Origin: Candidatus Treponema caballi | GTDB taxonomy: Bacteria; Spirochaetota; Spirochaetia; Treponematales; Treponemataceae | Direction of reading: 5' to 3' | Assembly (NCBI GenBank): GCA_018066285.1 | Contig: JAGHRS010000024.1 | Coordinates: forward strand, 1,279 to 65,278 | Length of the DNA: 64,000 bases | Shown: in pieces, positions 16,596 to 25,226 of the stretch | How the letters are laid out: every line of letters begins with the position of its first letter | Position numbering within the stretch: position 1 is the stretch's first letter | Program-made: the position numbers and the translations under genes | The notes under the pieces: model-generated | The model's database searches: none | The model's input: only the letters and a program-made list of their open reading frames with translations | What the model was told of the DNA's origin: nothing

Positions 16596-19514
16596 ATGAA
16601 ACAGTCTGAAAAACCGGCTTTTGCGGCTGGTGCCGTTTTAATGGCTTTTGCAGCAGTGATTCTTACATCACTGATTATACAGTTACTCGATTTTGGAATT
16701 GCTCCCAGTGCGTTTGCTTATGCTCTCAGCAATTTCGGAAGAATGTTGTATACCGTATATGGCATTTCTTCTTTCCTGATTCCAGTGTATCTGTTTGTTT
16801 CTGCCATCCTTCTCTATCTTCCGGGATTTACGAAGAAACGTGGCGTATATCTGCTTTTTTCAATAATTCCGTTCTTCACGATTGTTGGAATTGAACGCTT
16901 CGGTACAAATCTGTTTGCATCCGAGGCTGCTGCATATCAGCTGATAAAATACAGCGCCATTGCTCTGGTAAGCGTTCTGGTTATTGCGATTGAATACCTG
17001 ATAATCGGAATTATTGTAGATTCAGTCATGGGTGGAGCACAACCTGCCCAGGTTCCTGTTAAGAAAGTTCCGTCTGCTTCTGTTTCTGAAGGCGTTTCAG
17101 AGAAAAAAGGCGTAACTGTTGGTGAAATTGGCGGAGAAGATGAGATTCCTGAACTTCCTTATGCTGAAGCATTAGTTGAAGAAGCTGCTCCTGAAGTTGA
17201 AGAAACTCCGGTTGCTGTTCCGCCGCCAGCTCCAGCACCAAAGCCAGTGAAGTTTGTTCATCGCGCTGAAATTGATACGACAGCATCTGAGATTGGTGAT
17301 ATAGACGAGGAAGAGCCTATTACGGTCGTGTTCGGAGCAGCTCCTGCAATGGATGTAGATGGAACGCCAGTTCCTGAAGAGACGGAGCCTGCTGTTGCAG
17401 AAGAGACTGTTGTACCTGAAGAGCCTGCTATTACAGAAGAGCCGCTTGTTGCAGGAGAACCTGCCGTGACTGAAGAACCAGCCATGACAGAAGAAACAGC
17501 TCCAGAAGCTCCTGCTGCAGAAGAGCCGGCTGTATCGGAAGCGCCTGCTGAAACTGAAGAGCAGGCAGAAGATGATGTTTCTGAAGAAGTTCTGAATAAA
17601 CTTGATGCTGCCCTTGATGAATTCCAGCTTCCTCCTGAAGCTTCAATTCCTGAGGATGTTCCTATAGCTCCGATTCAATTGACCCCATCCGCTCCTGTTG
17701 CAGAAACTGCGACAGTGACGGCTGCTGCAGTTCCCGCTGCCGCAGCTGTTGAGGCAGCTCCAGCTCCAGCAGAGCCGCCTGCTCCGGAAGTTGTGGAAGT
17801 GCAGGTTGCGTCTCCTGTTCAGGTAACTCCGGAAAACACGTTTGAGTCTGGGTTCGGCTTCCCTGAGGAAGATGAAGAACTGCCGGCAGAGTCAGAAATT
17901 GAGGCTCCGGTGCTTTCGGAAAGCGACCAGTCTGAAGTTGCCTCTGCATTAAAGGAGATTGACGCCGGTCTTTACAGCGAAGAAGAAGCGGCGTTCTTTG
18001 ACGATCCGTTTGAAGAGCAGTTAACCCTTGATGAGGGTGCCGGCGGTGACGCTGACGAGGGGGACGACAAAATCCCTTTTGAGGTGGCGCCGGTTAAAGG
18101 CGCCTACTCAGTCCCTACAGAAGGTATTCTGAATAGCTTCGAGAATAATCCGTACTGGATTATTGATGATGAGACTAAGCAGGCGGGAGCCATCCTTAAA
18201 GAGACTCTCAGTGAATTCAAGATAGAGGCAGAAGTGACAGGTATCCGTAAGGGTCCTGTCGTCACTATGTTCGAGATTCTGCCGGCACCGGGCGTAAAGC
18301 TTACCAAGATTGTTGCCCTGCAGGATAACATTGCACTGCGTCTGGCTGCTTCAAGCGTGCGTATCGTCGCCCCTATTCCTGGAAAGCAGGCGGTAGGCGT
18401 TGAAGTGCCAAACCGCGAGCGCGCAATGGTCAGCTTCCGTGAGCTGATTGAGAAGGAACTGCCGGCATACGACAAGATGCAGATTCCGGTCGTTCTCGGA
18501 AAGGACATCACCGGTGACGCTCAGGTGCTCGACTTGGCCGCTACCCCGCACCTTCTGATTGCAGGTTCCACAGGTTCAGGAAAGTCAGTCTGTGTAAACT
18601 CAATGATTCTTTCCATCCTGTACAAGCGCTCACCGAACGACGTTAAGCTCATCCTTATTGACCCGAAGATTGTCGAGCTCAAACTGTACAATGATATTCC
18701 GCATCTTCTGACGCCGGTCATCACCGAGCCAAAGAAGGCATTCCAGTCACTGCAGTACTGTCTGTGTGAGATGGAGCGCCGTTACGCAATGCTCGACCAC
18801 ATGGGCGTACGCGACATCAAGAGCTACAACAAGCGCATCAAGGAACGCCATGTCATGCAGGAGAAGCTGCCGTACATAGTCGTCGTCATTGATGAGTTCG
18901 CTGACCTTATGGCAACGACAGGCAAGGAGCTTGAAAGCACGATTGCCCGCCTGTGCGCAATGAGCCGCGCTGTCGGTATCCACCTGGTACTGGCAACACA
19001 GCGCCCTTCAATTGATGTCATCACCGGTCTTATCAAGGCGAATATCCCGACGCGCATCGCCTTCATGGTTGCGTCAAAGACAGACAGCCGCATCATCATT
19101 GACCAGATGGGCGCTGAAAAGCTGCTCGGAAAGGGCGATATGCTTTACGCAAGTGCCATCGATCCGTTCCCTGTCCGCATTCAGGGCACGTTCGTCACGG
19201 ATGATGAGGTCGAGAACGTCGTTGAGTACGTCAAGAAATACGGTCCGCCTGAGTATATCGATGAAGAAATCTTCGTTGAGGATGAGGATGATGAGACAGC
19301 AGAACCGTCCCTGTTCTCTGATGGCGAGGACCCGCTGTACGACCAGGCACTTGAAATCGTCGTTCAGGCAGGAAAAGCATCTGCTTCATATATTCAGCGC
19401 CGCCTGAAAATAGGATATAATAGAGCCGCACGTCTTGTTGAAGAGATGGAAGACCGCGGCATTGTAGGCCCTGCAAACGGCTCTAAACCACGCGAAATCA
19501 TTCATATCCCCTGA
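16596..19514 (+). CDS. ftsK: DNA translocase FtsK/SpoIIIE
   Basis: N-terminal TM segments, a Pro/Glu/Ala linker of about 350 aa, motor domain with Walker A GSTGSGKS and Walker B VVVIDEFADL, and a C-terminal gamma winged helix (YNRAARLVEEME). Confidence 0.95.
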   Translation: MKQSEKPAFAAGAVLMAFAAVILTSLIIQLLDFGIAPSAFAYALSNFGRMLYTVYGISSFLIPVYLFVSAILLYLPGFTKKRGVYLLFSIIPFFTIVGIERFGTNLFASEAAAYQLIKYSAIALVSVLVIAIEYLIIGIIVDSVMGGAQPAQVPVKKVPSASVSEGVSEKKGVTVGEIGGEDEIPELPYAEALVEEAAPEVEETPVAVPPPAPAPKPVKFVHRAEIDTTASEIGDIDEEEPITVVFGAAPAMDVDGTPVPEETEPAVAEETVVPEEPAITEEPLVAGEPAVTEEPAMTEETAPEAPAAEEPAVSEAPAETEEQAEDDVSEEVLNKLDAALDEFQLPPEASIPEDVPIAPIQLTPSAPVAETATVTAAAVPAAAAVEAAPAPAEPPAPEVVEVQVASPVQVTPENTFESGFGFPEEDEELPAESEIEAPVLSESDQSEVASALKEIDAGLYSEEEAAFFDDPFEEQLTLDEGAGGDADEGDDKIPFEVAPVKGAYSVPTEGILNSFENNPYWIIDDETKQAGAILKETLSEFKIEAEVTGIRKGPVVTMFEILPAPGVKLTKIVALQDNIALRLAASSVRIVAPIPGKQAVGVEVPNRERAMVSFRELIEKELPAYDKMQIPVVLGKDITGDAQVLDLAATPHLLIAGSTGSGKSVCVNSMILSILYKRSPNDVKLILIDPKIVELKLYNDIPHLLTPVITEPKKAFQSLQYCLCEMERRYAMLDHMGVRDIKSYNKRIKERHVMQEKLPYIVVVIDEFADLMATTGKELESTIARLCAMSRAVGIHLVLATQRPSIDVITGLIKANIPTRIAFMVASKTDSRIIIDQMGAEKLLGKGDMLYASAIDPFPVRIQGTFVTDDEVENVVEYVKKYGPPEYIDEEIFVEDEDDETAEPSLFSDGEDPLYDQALEIVVQAGKASASYIQRRLKIGYNRAARLVEEMEDRGIVGPANGSKPREIIHIP

Positions 19515-19543
19515 TGTGCTAAATCCCGTAATGGGGGAGTACA

Positions 19544-21901
19544 GTGGATATTTCTGAAGTCATCATAATACAGCCTCCGCTGGTGCAGCTGAACACTCCG
19601 TACCCGTCGGGGGCTTATCTTTCTGCTTTTTTCCGCTCCCAGCTTCCGGAAAGCGTTCCGGTCGTCTGGCACGACCTGAGCATAGCCCTTTTTCACCGCA
19701 TATTTTCCCGCACCGGACTGACAGAACTTTTTTCAGCCACGAGTGCGCGTGCCCTTGAGCTTGCCGCAGAATCCGAGAACCGCGGAGATGACGACACAGC
19801 CTTCAACCTGCGCCGTTACGTAAGTTCCGCCCCGCTTTGGGTTGAGTGGATTGATGATATTGTGGACATGCTCTGCTCGGGGAGCCGCGAGAAAGCTCAT
19901 GAATTCGTGCGTTCAGCCCATGCTCCCCGCGGTGCACGTATGGAACGCTTTTTAAGTGAGCTCGGCCGCGATGTCAGCGTCGACGATGAGCGCATGCTCG
20001 CCTCCCTCGCGCTGGCAGACCTTGCTGATTACATAACCGTCGTGTTTGACGAAAACTTCGCGCTCATCCGCTATGCCGAGTCGCTTTCGGCCAGCACGGC
20101 CACGTTCGCCGATATTGCCGCAGCCGCTGACTCGCCGGTCATGAAGGCGTTCTACGTGCCTTTGCTGCGCGAAGTGCTTGGTTCACAAGAAGACAACAGT
20201 GCGCTTATAAGGCCTGCGCCCGCCGCCGGCAGGAAGTTCTTTTTGGTGACGGTGCCGTTCGCGGGCTGCTTTGCTGCCGCCCTCGCCACGTGCCGCGAAA
20301 TAAAGGCCTGCTTTGGCGACGACGCTGTCGTATGCATGGGCGGCGGATATGTGAACACGGCCCTGCGCGGCACGCATGAAAGTGCACTTTCTGAGTACGT
20401 GGACTTCCTGAGTTTTGACCGCGGCTATGCGTTCTATCTGGACCTGCTTCACGCGGGCGCGGATGCCTTGAAAGTTGATGATGCCTTATTTGAAAACAGC
20501 GCACAAGAAGGCCAGAGTCCGCTTTCAAGGCAGGGCGCCGCAGATTCCCCTTCAGACGCGAAAATCGGGGCCGCCAGAGCGTTTTCTGGTGGTAAAGTGA
20601 CAAATTACTTTCCGACAGCTGAAAGTCTCGCTCAGGAAGAGATACTGACGCGGACCCTCATTCCCGACTACAGCGACATCGACTTTTCTTTGTATCCGCG
20701 CGTTGCGGATGACATTAATCCCATGCACAGAATCTGGTCGGACGGCGCCTGGCTCAAGGCGTACCTGGCTCACGGCTGCTACTGGCACCGCTGCGCATTC
20801 TGTGACACGCAGCTCGACTACGTCTGCAACTATAAGCGCGTCGGGGCTGCTGAACTGCATGAGGGCCTTTCGCGCCAGGCAGAAGAGAAGGGCGTGTACG
20901 GCGTCCATTTTGTGGATGAAGCTGCGCCGCCAGCTGCACTCAAGGAGTTCGCGCTCGCCAATGTAAAGAGCGACCGCCGCCGTCTTTCGTTCTGGGGCAA
21001 TATCCGCTTTGAAAAGGCGTTCACCCGCGACGCAGCAGATTTACTTGCATACGGCGGGCTCACCGGCGTTTCGGGCGGCATCGAGATTGCATCCGGAGAA
21101 GGTCTTGCCGACATCAATAAGGGCATCGACATAGACAGCCTGGTCGGCTCTTGTGCCGCCTTCAAGGAAGCGGGCGTGCTTGTGCATGCGTACATGATCT
21201 ACGGCTTTTACAACGAGACGCCACAGATGCTCATAGACAGTGCGGAAACGCTCCGGCAGCTGTTCGCCGCGGGATTGATTGACAGCGCTTTCTGGCACAA
21301 GTTCACGCTCACCCGTCACTCGACCGTGTACGCTGAGTGGCTGGCTGGCAAGCACCCCGAGCTGCACCCGCTGAAAGCAGATGGCGCGCGCGCGTTCGCG
21401 GATTACGAGCTTCATTTTGAAGGCGAAGAGAAAAGCGAGAAGTATGGCGCGCCTCTTATGGCGGCACTCGACGCCTGGATGCATGGCCACAGTCTGAACA
21501 AGAGCGTCCAGAAGTGGTTCCCGTTCGCCATGCCCGCGCCGAAAGTGCCGGCTGATTTTGTAAATAAGGCAATCGCCCGTTACGAGAAGCGCCGCGACGC
21601 TGCATTTGCAGAAGCGCTGCCATCCTCGCTGGATGAACTAAGGAGCGCGTTCGTCTGGCTCGGCGGAAAGCCCGCGGTCCTCGCTTCTTCAAGTGGCGCG
21701 CAGCTCTGCTGGTCGTACATGGGCGAGCTTGTGTACGCGGATGCAGCTTCACGCGCGCTCGCGGAAAAAGCGGCTGAGCTCTTGTGGTCGCTGCGCCCGG
21801 GCGTGAAAGCGGCCGGGTCTGCTGTTAGGGCATCATCCGCTGAGAAAGCCGTCCTCGCTGTGTTGCAGCAGGCGCGTGGCGTGGGACTGTGCAGGGTATA
21901 A
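19544..21901 (+). CDS. Large radical-SAM protein with an N-terminal B12-binding-like domain
   Basis: GTG start preceded by GGGGGAG. IIIQPPLVQLNTPYPSGAYLSAF resembles class-B radical-SAM N-termini. Cys cluster CYWHRCAFC at 20777-20803. 785 aa and GC-rich. Confidence 0.8.
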   Translation: MDISEVIIIQPPLVQLNTPYPSGAYLSAFFRSQLPESVPVVWHDLSIALFHRIFSRTGLTELFSATSARALELAAESENRGDDDTAFNLRRYVSSAPLWVEWIDDIVDMLCSGSREKAHEFVRSAHAPRGARMERFLSELGRDVSVDDERMLASLALADLADYITVVFDENFALIRYAESLSASTATFADIAAAADSPVMKAFYVPLLREVLGSQEDNSALIRPAPAAGRKFFLVTVPFAGCFAAALATCREIKACFGDDAVVCMGGGYVNTALRGTHESALSEYVDFLSFDRGYAFYLDLLHAGADALKVDDALFENSAQEGQSPLSRQGAADSPSDAKIGAARAFSGGKVTNYFPTAESLAQEEILTRTLIPDYSDIDFSLYPRVADDINPMHRIWSDGAWLKAYLAHGCYWHRCAFCDTQLDYVCNYKRVGAAELHEGLSRQAEEKGVYGVHFVDEAAPPAALKEFALANVKSDRRRLSFWGNIRFEKAFTRDAADLLAYGGLTGVSGGIEIASGEGLADINKGIDIDSLVGSCAAFKEAGVLVHAYMIYGFYNETPQMLIDSAETLRQLFAAGLIDSAFWHKFTLTRHSTVYAEWLAGKHPELHPLKADGARAFADYELHFEGEEKSEKYGAPLMAALDAWMHGHSLNKSVQKWFPFAMPAPKVPADFVNKAIARYEKRRDAAFAEALPSSLDELRSAFVWLGGKPAVLASSSGAQLCWSYMGELVYADAASRALAEKAAELLWSLRPGVKAAGSAVRASSAEKAVLAVLQQARGVGLCRV

Positions 21902-21911
21902 GTCTGTTTTC

Positions 21912-22115
21912 ATGAAATTACCTATTAGGAGGAACTGTCCATTGTGTGGTAGGTAAGAAAACAGGATATTTACCTGCTGGAAAGGGGACACCCGCTTAAG
22001 GTAGGTAATTTTTCATAAGACTGCTCCTTTATAAAGCTCTAGAATAGCAGAAAAGGGCTTATTTTGATGTTTTTTACCTACCACAGAAGGGAGACCCCTC
22101 CATAGTGGGTAAAAA
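21912..22115. repeat. Cluster of GGTAA/TTACC-based hairpins related to the 1358-1685 array
   Basis: Outer inverted repeat ATGAAATTACCTA (21912-21924) / TAGGTAATTTTTCAT (22002-22016). Inner AGGTAA-N13-TTACCT at 21951-21975. TTTTTACCTACCAC...GTGGGTAAAAA at 22071-22115. Confidence 0.5.
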
Positions 22116-22363
22116 TGCATATTTGCTTTTTTTCACGGAGAGCGCCATACAAGCAGACGGGGCGTTGCGGGGTGTCACCCGCTGGAAGGGGTAGCGGAAG
22201 ACACGACAAAGCGGAGCGCGTGCGGCAGCTTGCTGGCGCATGTGCGGAGCGACTCGGGGCTGTAGCGAGGGGAAGACTTTCCCCATCCTGCTTATACTGC
22301 TGATTTAGTGACTTCTGGCGCATTTTTCGGTATTATCAGAGTGTGGGCGCGAAAGGAGCGGTA

Positions 22364-23647
22364 ATGATCGACTTAGAAGCAGAACAGAATCAGAAAACTA
22401 TTGCATTTCTCGTTGGAAAGACGGATGGGCCGCTCTCGCCGGATGCTGCGGAGCTCGCTGAACTTCGGGGCCTGGTCGACACGCTCGGTATGGAAATCTC
22501 TGGTCAGATTGTACTAAAGAAGCCGGAACCGCAGGCTAAGTTTGGCATCGGAACGGGCAAGGCTGCTGAAATTGCGGATGCGGCTGAGGCTGCCGGTGCG
22601 GATGTCATCATCTTTGACTATGAACTGTCGCCGACACATCAGCGGAACTGGGAAAAACTGAGTGGAAAGCCGTGTTTCGACCGGCACGAGGTGATTCTCC
22701 GCATATTTGCAGACAGGGCGCAGACTAAAGAGGCGGTCCTGCAGGTTGAGCTTGCAAAACTGGGCTACAGCCTGCCGCGTCTTGCACACACGTACGGGGA
22801 TATGTCCCGTCAGCGTGGAGGAAGCTACGGTTCAAAGGGCTCGGGCGAAACCAAGCTTGAACTTGATCGCCGCGCCGTTCAGGAAAAGATGTACAAAATC
22901 AGGCGCGAACTTGAGAAAGTCGTTAAGGAACGCGAGACGCTCAGAAAAAAGCGGGATAAGGTGCCGCTGCCGTCCTGCGCGCTTGTCGGCTATACGAACG
23001 CGGGCAAATCGAGCCTTTTAAATGCGCTCACCGGCGCGGATGCTTTCGTTGAGGATAAGCTTTTCGCCACACTCGACCCGACTACGCGGCGCCTTTCAGT
23101 GCAGGGCCTTCCCGGCATCTTGCTTACAGACACCGTCGGCTTTATCAGCAACCTGCCGCACAGTCTTGTCGACGCGTTCAAATCGACGCTTGAAGAAGCC
23201 GTCCGCGCCGATCTGCTGCTGATAGTGCTTGATGCCACCGACCCGGCAGTATTCTTTCAGTATGACACGGTCATATCCGTTTTGAAGGAAATCGGCGCAG
23301 ACAAGAATCCTGCGCTCATCCTGCTGAACAAGATGGACAAAGTGACGGACAGGCAGCTTCTTCAGGATTTGCACAGGCAGTTCCCCGAGGCTGTGGAAGT
23401 CAGCGCAAAACTTGGCGGCACCCTGGAATCAGGATTTGACGGCCTTATCCAGCGCATTGCCGACACGCTGCTTGGCGAAGAGACAGAGTATCACATCCCG
23501 CTTAACAGGAATGATCTTGTGGAAATGGCAAGGAAAAACGGCGTCCTCATCACATCCGAATGGCGTGACAATGACATCATTGTGGTGGCGCGCTGCACCG
23601 GCCAGACACGCGGACTGCTCGAGCAGTATAAAAAAGAAATGGTGTAA
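22364..23647 (+). CDS. hflX: GTPase HflX
   Basis: HflX N-domain plus G-domain (GYTNAGKSSLLNALT, DTVGF, LNKMD). I use ATG 22364, which is preceded by AAAGGAG; the ORF-track start at 22343 is GTG. Confidence 0.9.
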   Translation: MIDLEAEQNQKTIAFLVGKTDGPLSPDAAELAELRGLVDTLGMEISGQIVLKKPEPQAKFGIGTGKAAEIADAAEAAGADVIIFDYELSPTHQRNWEKLSGKPCFDRHEVILRIFADRAQTKEAVLQVELAKLGYSLPRLAHTYGDMSRQRGGSYGSKGSGETKLELDRRAVQEKMYKIRRELEKVVKERETLRKKRDKVPLPSCALVGYTNAGKSSLLNALTGADAFVEDKLFATLDPTTRRLSVQGLPGILLTDTVGFISNLPHSLVDAFKSTLEEAVRADLLLIVLDATDPAVFFQYDTVISVLKEIGADKNPALILLNKMDKVTDRQLLQDLHRQFPEAVEVSAKLGGTLESGFDGLIQRIADTLLGEETEYHIPLNRNDLVEMARKNGVLITSEWRDNDIIVVARCTGQTRGLLEQYKKEMV

Positions 23648-23680
23648 ATATAATTAAACACATAAAAAAGACAAATTGTT

Positions 23681-23709
23681 TTGACAAATACACTGCCTGA
23701 CACTATATT
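23681..23709 (+). promoter_or_regulatory. Near-consensus sigma70 promoter TTGACA-N17-TATATT for the XRE/PIN pair
   Basis: -35 at 23681-23686 and -10 at 23704-23709, with an SD-like AGGCGAGG before ATG 23726. The ORF-track TTG start at 23681 is this -35 box. Confidence 0.6.
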
Positions 23710-23725
23710 AAAGGCGAGGCAGATT

Positions 23726-24259
23726 ATGTTTGAAACAATTAAATATCTCCGCGAGCAGAAAAAATTTTCTCAGGCACAGGTGGCAGATTATCTTGGAATT
23801 TCACGACAGATGTACATCAAGTACGAGCGGGGTGAAACAGAACCGCCAGTCAGCGTCGTCAAGGAGCTTTGCAGGCTGTATAAAGTCGGTTATGACGTTA
23901 TTCTTGAAGATAAGCACAGGCAGAAAGATACGGGATATTCAATAAAAGAGCAAAAGCCGCTGGAGTTTGCAGATTCGGGGATAGCGACTAATCCAAATCC
24001 ACCGTCATCTCTCTATTTCAGGGAAATACTCTCCAAAATGAACAAACTTAATTCAGATGAACTGATAAAGCTGGCCTCCCGCGCCCTCGACTGCGCACAG
24101 AAAAAAAAGAAATCTGTTCTGCATGAATGGACCATGGAAGAAAGTCTGGCAATGCATGAAAAACTGAGTGGGTGTATAAAAAACAGAAAAATCGAGAATT
24201 GGCGCGAGGAATACTACTTGTATCTGGATGAACGGTATGGTCAGGGGGATTCAAAATGA
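23726..24259 (+). CDS. XRE-family HTH protein, putative antitoxin
   Basis: MFETIKYLREQKKFSQAQVADYLGISRQMYIKYERGE is a Cro/C1-type HTH. A C-terminal extension of about 110 aa follows. ATGA overlap with the downstream PIN gene. Confidence 0.75.
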   Translation: MFETIKYLREQKKFSQAQVADYLGISRQMYIKYERGETEPPVSVVKELCRLYKVGYDVILEDKHRQKDTGYSIKEQKPLEFADSGIATNPNPPSSLYFREILSKMNKLNSDELIKLASRALDCAQKKKKSVLHEWTMEESLAMHEKLSGCIKNRKIENWREEYYLYLDERYGQGDSK

Positions 24260-24669
24260 AGATTCTGATAGATACCAATGTCCTTATTGATATGGCTGTA
24301 GAACGTAACAATAACCATAGAAAAGCCGATATCATCCTGAAATCATGTGTCTTCAAGAGACATGAAGGATATGTTACATCCCATTCGATAACAGATTTTT
24401 TTTATATTGTTAGAAAAGACTTACAGCCTGAAGAAAAGCGGAATTGGGTGAAATATATAGTGACAAATCTTACAATCCTGACAGAAGACAAAGAGGCATT
24501 TCTGTCTGCTCTGGGTGATAATGATTTCTTCGATTTGGAAGATAATCTTCAGATTTCATGTGCAGCAGAAGAAGATCTGAATTACATCATTACGCAAAAT
24601 CTCAAGGATTTTGCTTCGTCTCCTGTTCCAGCCATCTCTATTTCCGAGTTTGCTGATAAATACTGCTGA
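24256..24669 (+). CDS. PIN-domain ribonuclease, putative VapC-like toxin
   Basis: MKILIDTNVLIDM..., a later D/E (FDLEDNLQ) and IITQNLKDF fit the PIN acidic residues. Translationally coupled to the HTH gene. Confidence 0.8.
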   Translation: MKILIDTNVLIDMAVERNNNHRKADIILKSCVFKRHEGYVTSHSITDFFYIVRKDLQPEEKRNWVKYIVTNLTILTEDKEAFLSALGDNDFFDLEDNLQISCAAEEDLNYIITQNLKDFASSPVPAISISEFADKYC

Positions 24670-24670
24670 T

Positions 24671-25093
24671 TTACGCCAGGTCGTCCGGTCCGAAGCTGAG
24701 CGGGAGCAGTTCCTCAAGCGTCAGTTCCTTGTAGTCGGTAACGCTTTTTGCAAGGATGATCTTCATCTCCCTGGGGTCGCAGAACTCACGCATGACCTGC
24801 CGGCAGATGCCGCACGGCGCGCAGTAGTCGCGGATGGTGTACTCAGATCCGCCGACAATCGCTATGGCGACGATTTTGCGCTCGCCTTCCTCAACTGCAT
24901 GAAAAATAGCATTCCGCTCAGCGCAGATTCCCGCCGGATATGAGGCGTTTTCCACATTGACACCCAGGTACATCTTGCCTGAGCCCATGAGCGCCGCGGC
25001 CGACACGTTGAAATGAGAATACGGTGCGTATGATCTCTTCTGGTTGTCTATGGCCGCCTGAATGAGCGCGGCGCGGTCAAAATCTGCTGTCAT
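24671..25093 (-). CDS. cdd: Cytidine deaminase
   Basis: CAERNAI and PCGICRQ zinc-binding motifs in 140 aa. SD GGAGG upstream. Confidence 0.9.
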   Translation of the reverse strand: MTADFDRAALIQAAIDNQKRSYAPYSHFNVSAAALMGSGKMYLGVNVENASYPAGICAERNAIFHAVEEGERKIVAIAIVGGSEYTIRDYCAPCGICRQVMREFCDPREMKIILAKSVTDYKELTLEELLPLSFGPDDLA

Positions 25094-25134
25094 GAGAGCC
25101 TCCTGAAGTGATGAACAATGATTTTTCTAGATTA

Positions 25135-25166
25135 TATCACGAAAAACAGTAAAATTTTTCGTGATA
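25135..25166. promoter_or_regulatory. Perfect 12-bp inverted repeat TATCACGAAAAA-N8-TTTTTCGTGATA in the divergent cdd/lipoprotein intergenic region (candidate operator)
   Basis: Arms at 25135-25146 and 25155-25166 are exact reverse complements. Confidence 0.4.
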
Positions 25167-25226
25167 AAGAACAAGTCTCTTCAATTGAAAAAAGAAGGAA
25201 TATAATAATAATTATAGGAGATTATA

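Noticed and set aside
17100-17950. Tandem-looking EEPA(V/I/M)TEE / PAPA repeats in DNA
   Set aside because: They lie in the expected variable Pro/Glu/Ala linker of FtsK, between the membrane and motor domains. This is an ordinary low-complexity linker and not a separate element.
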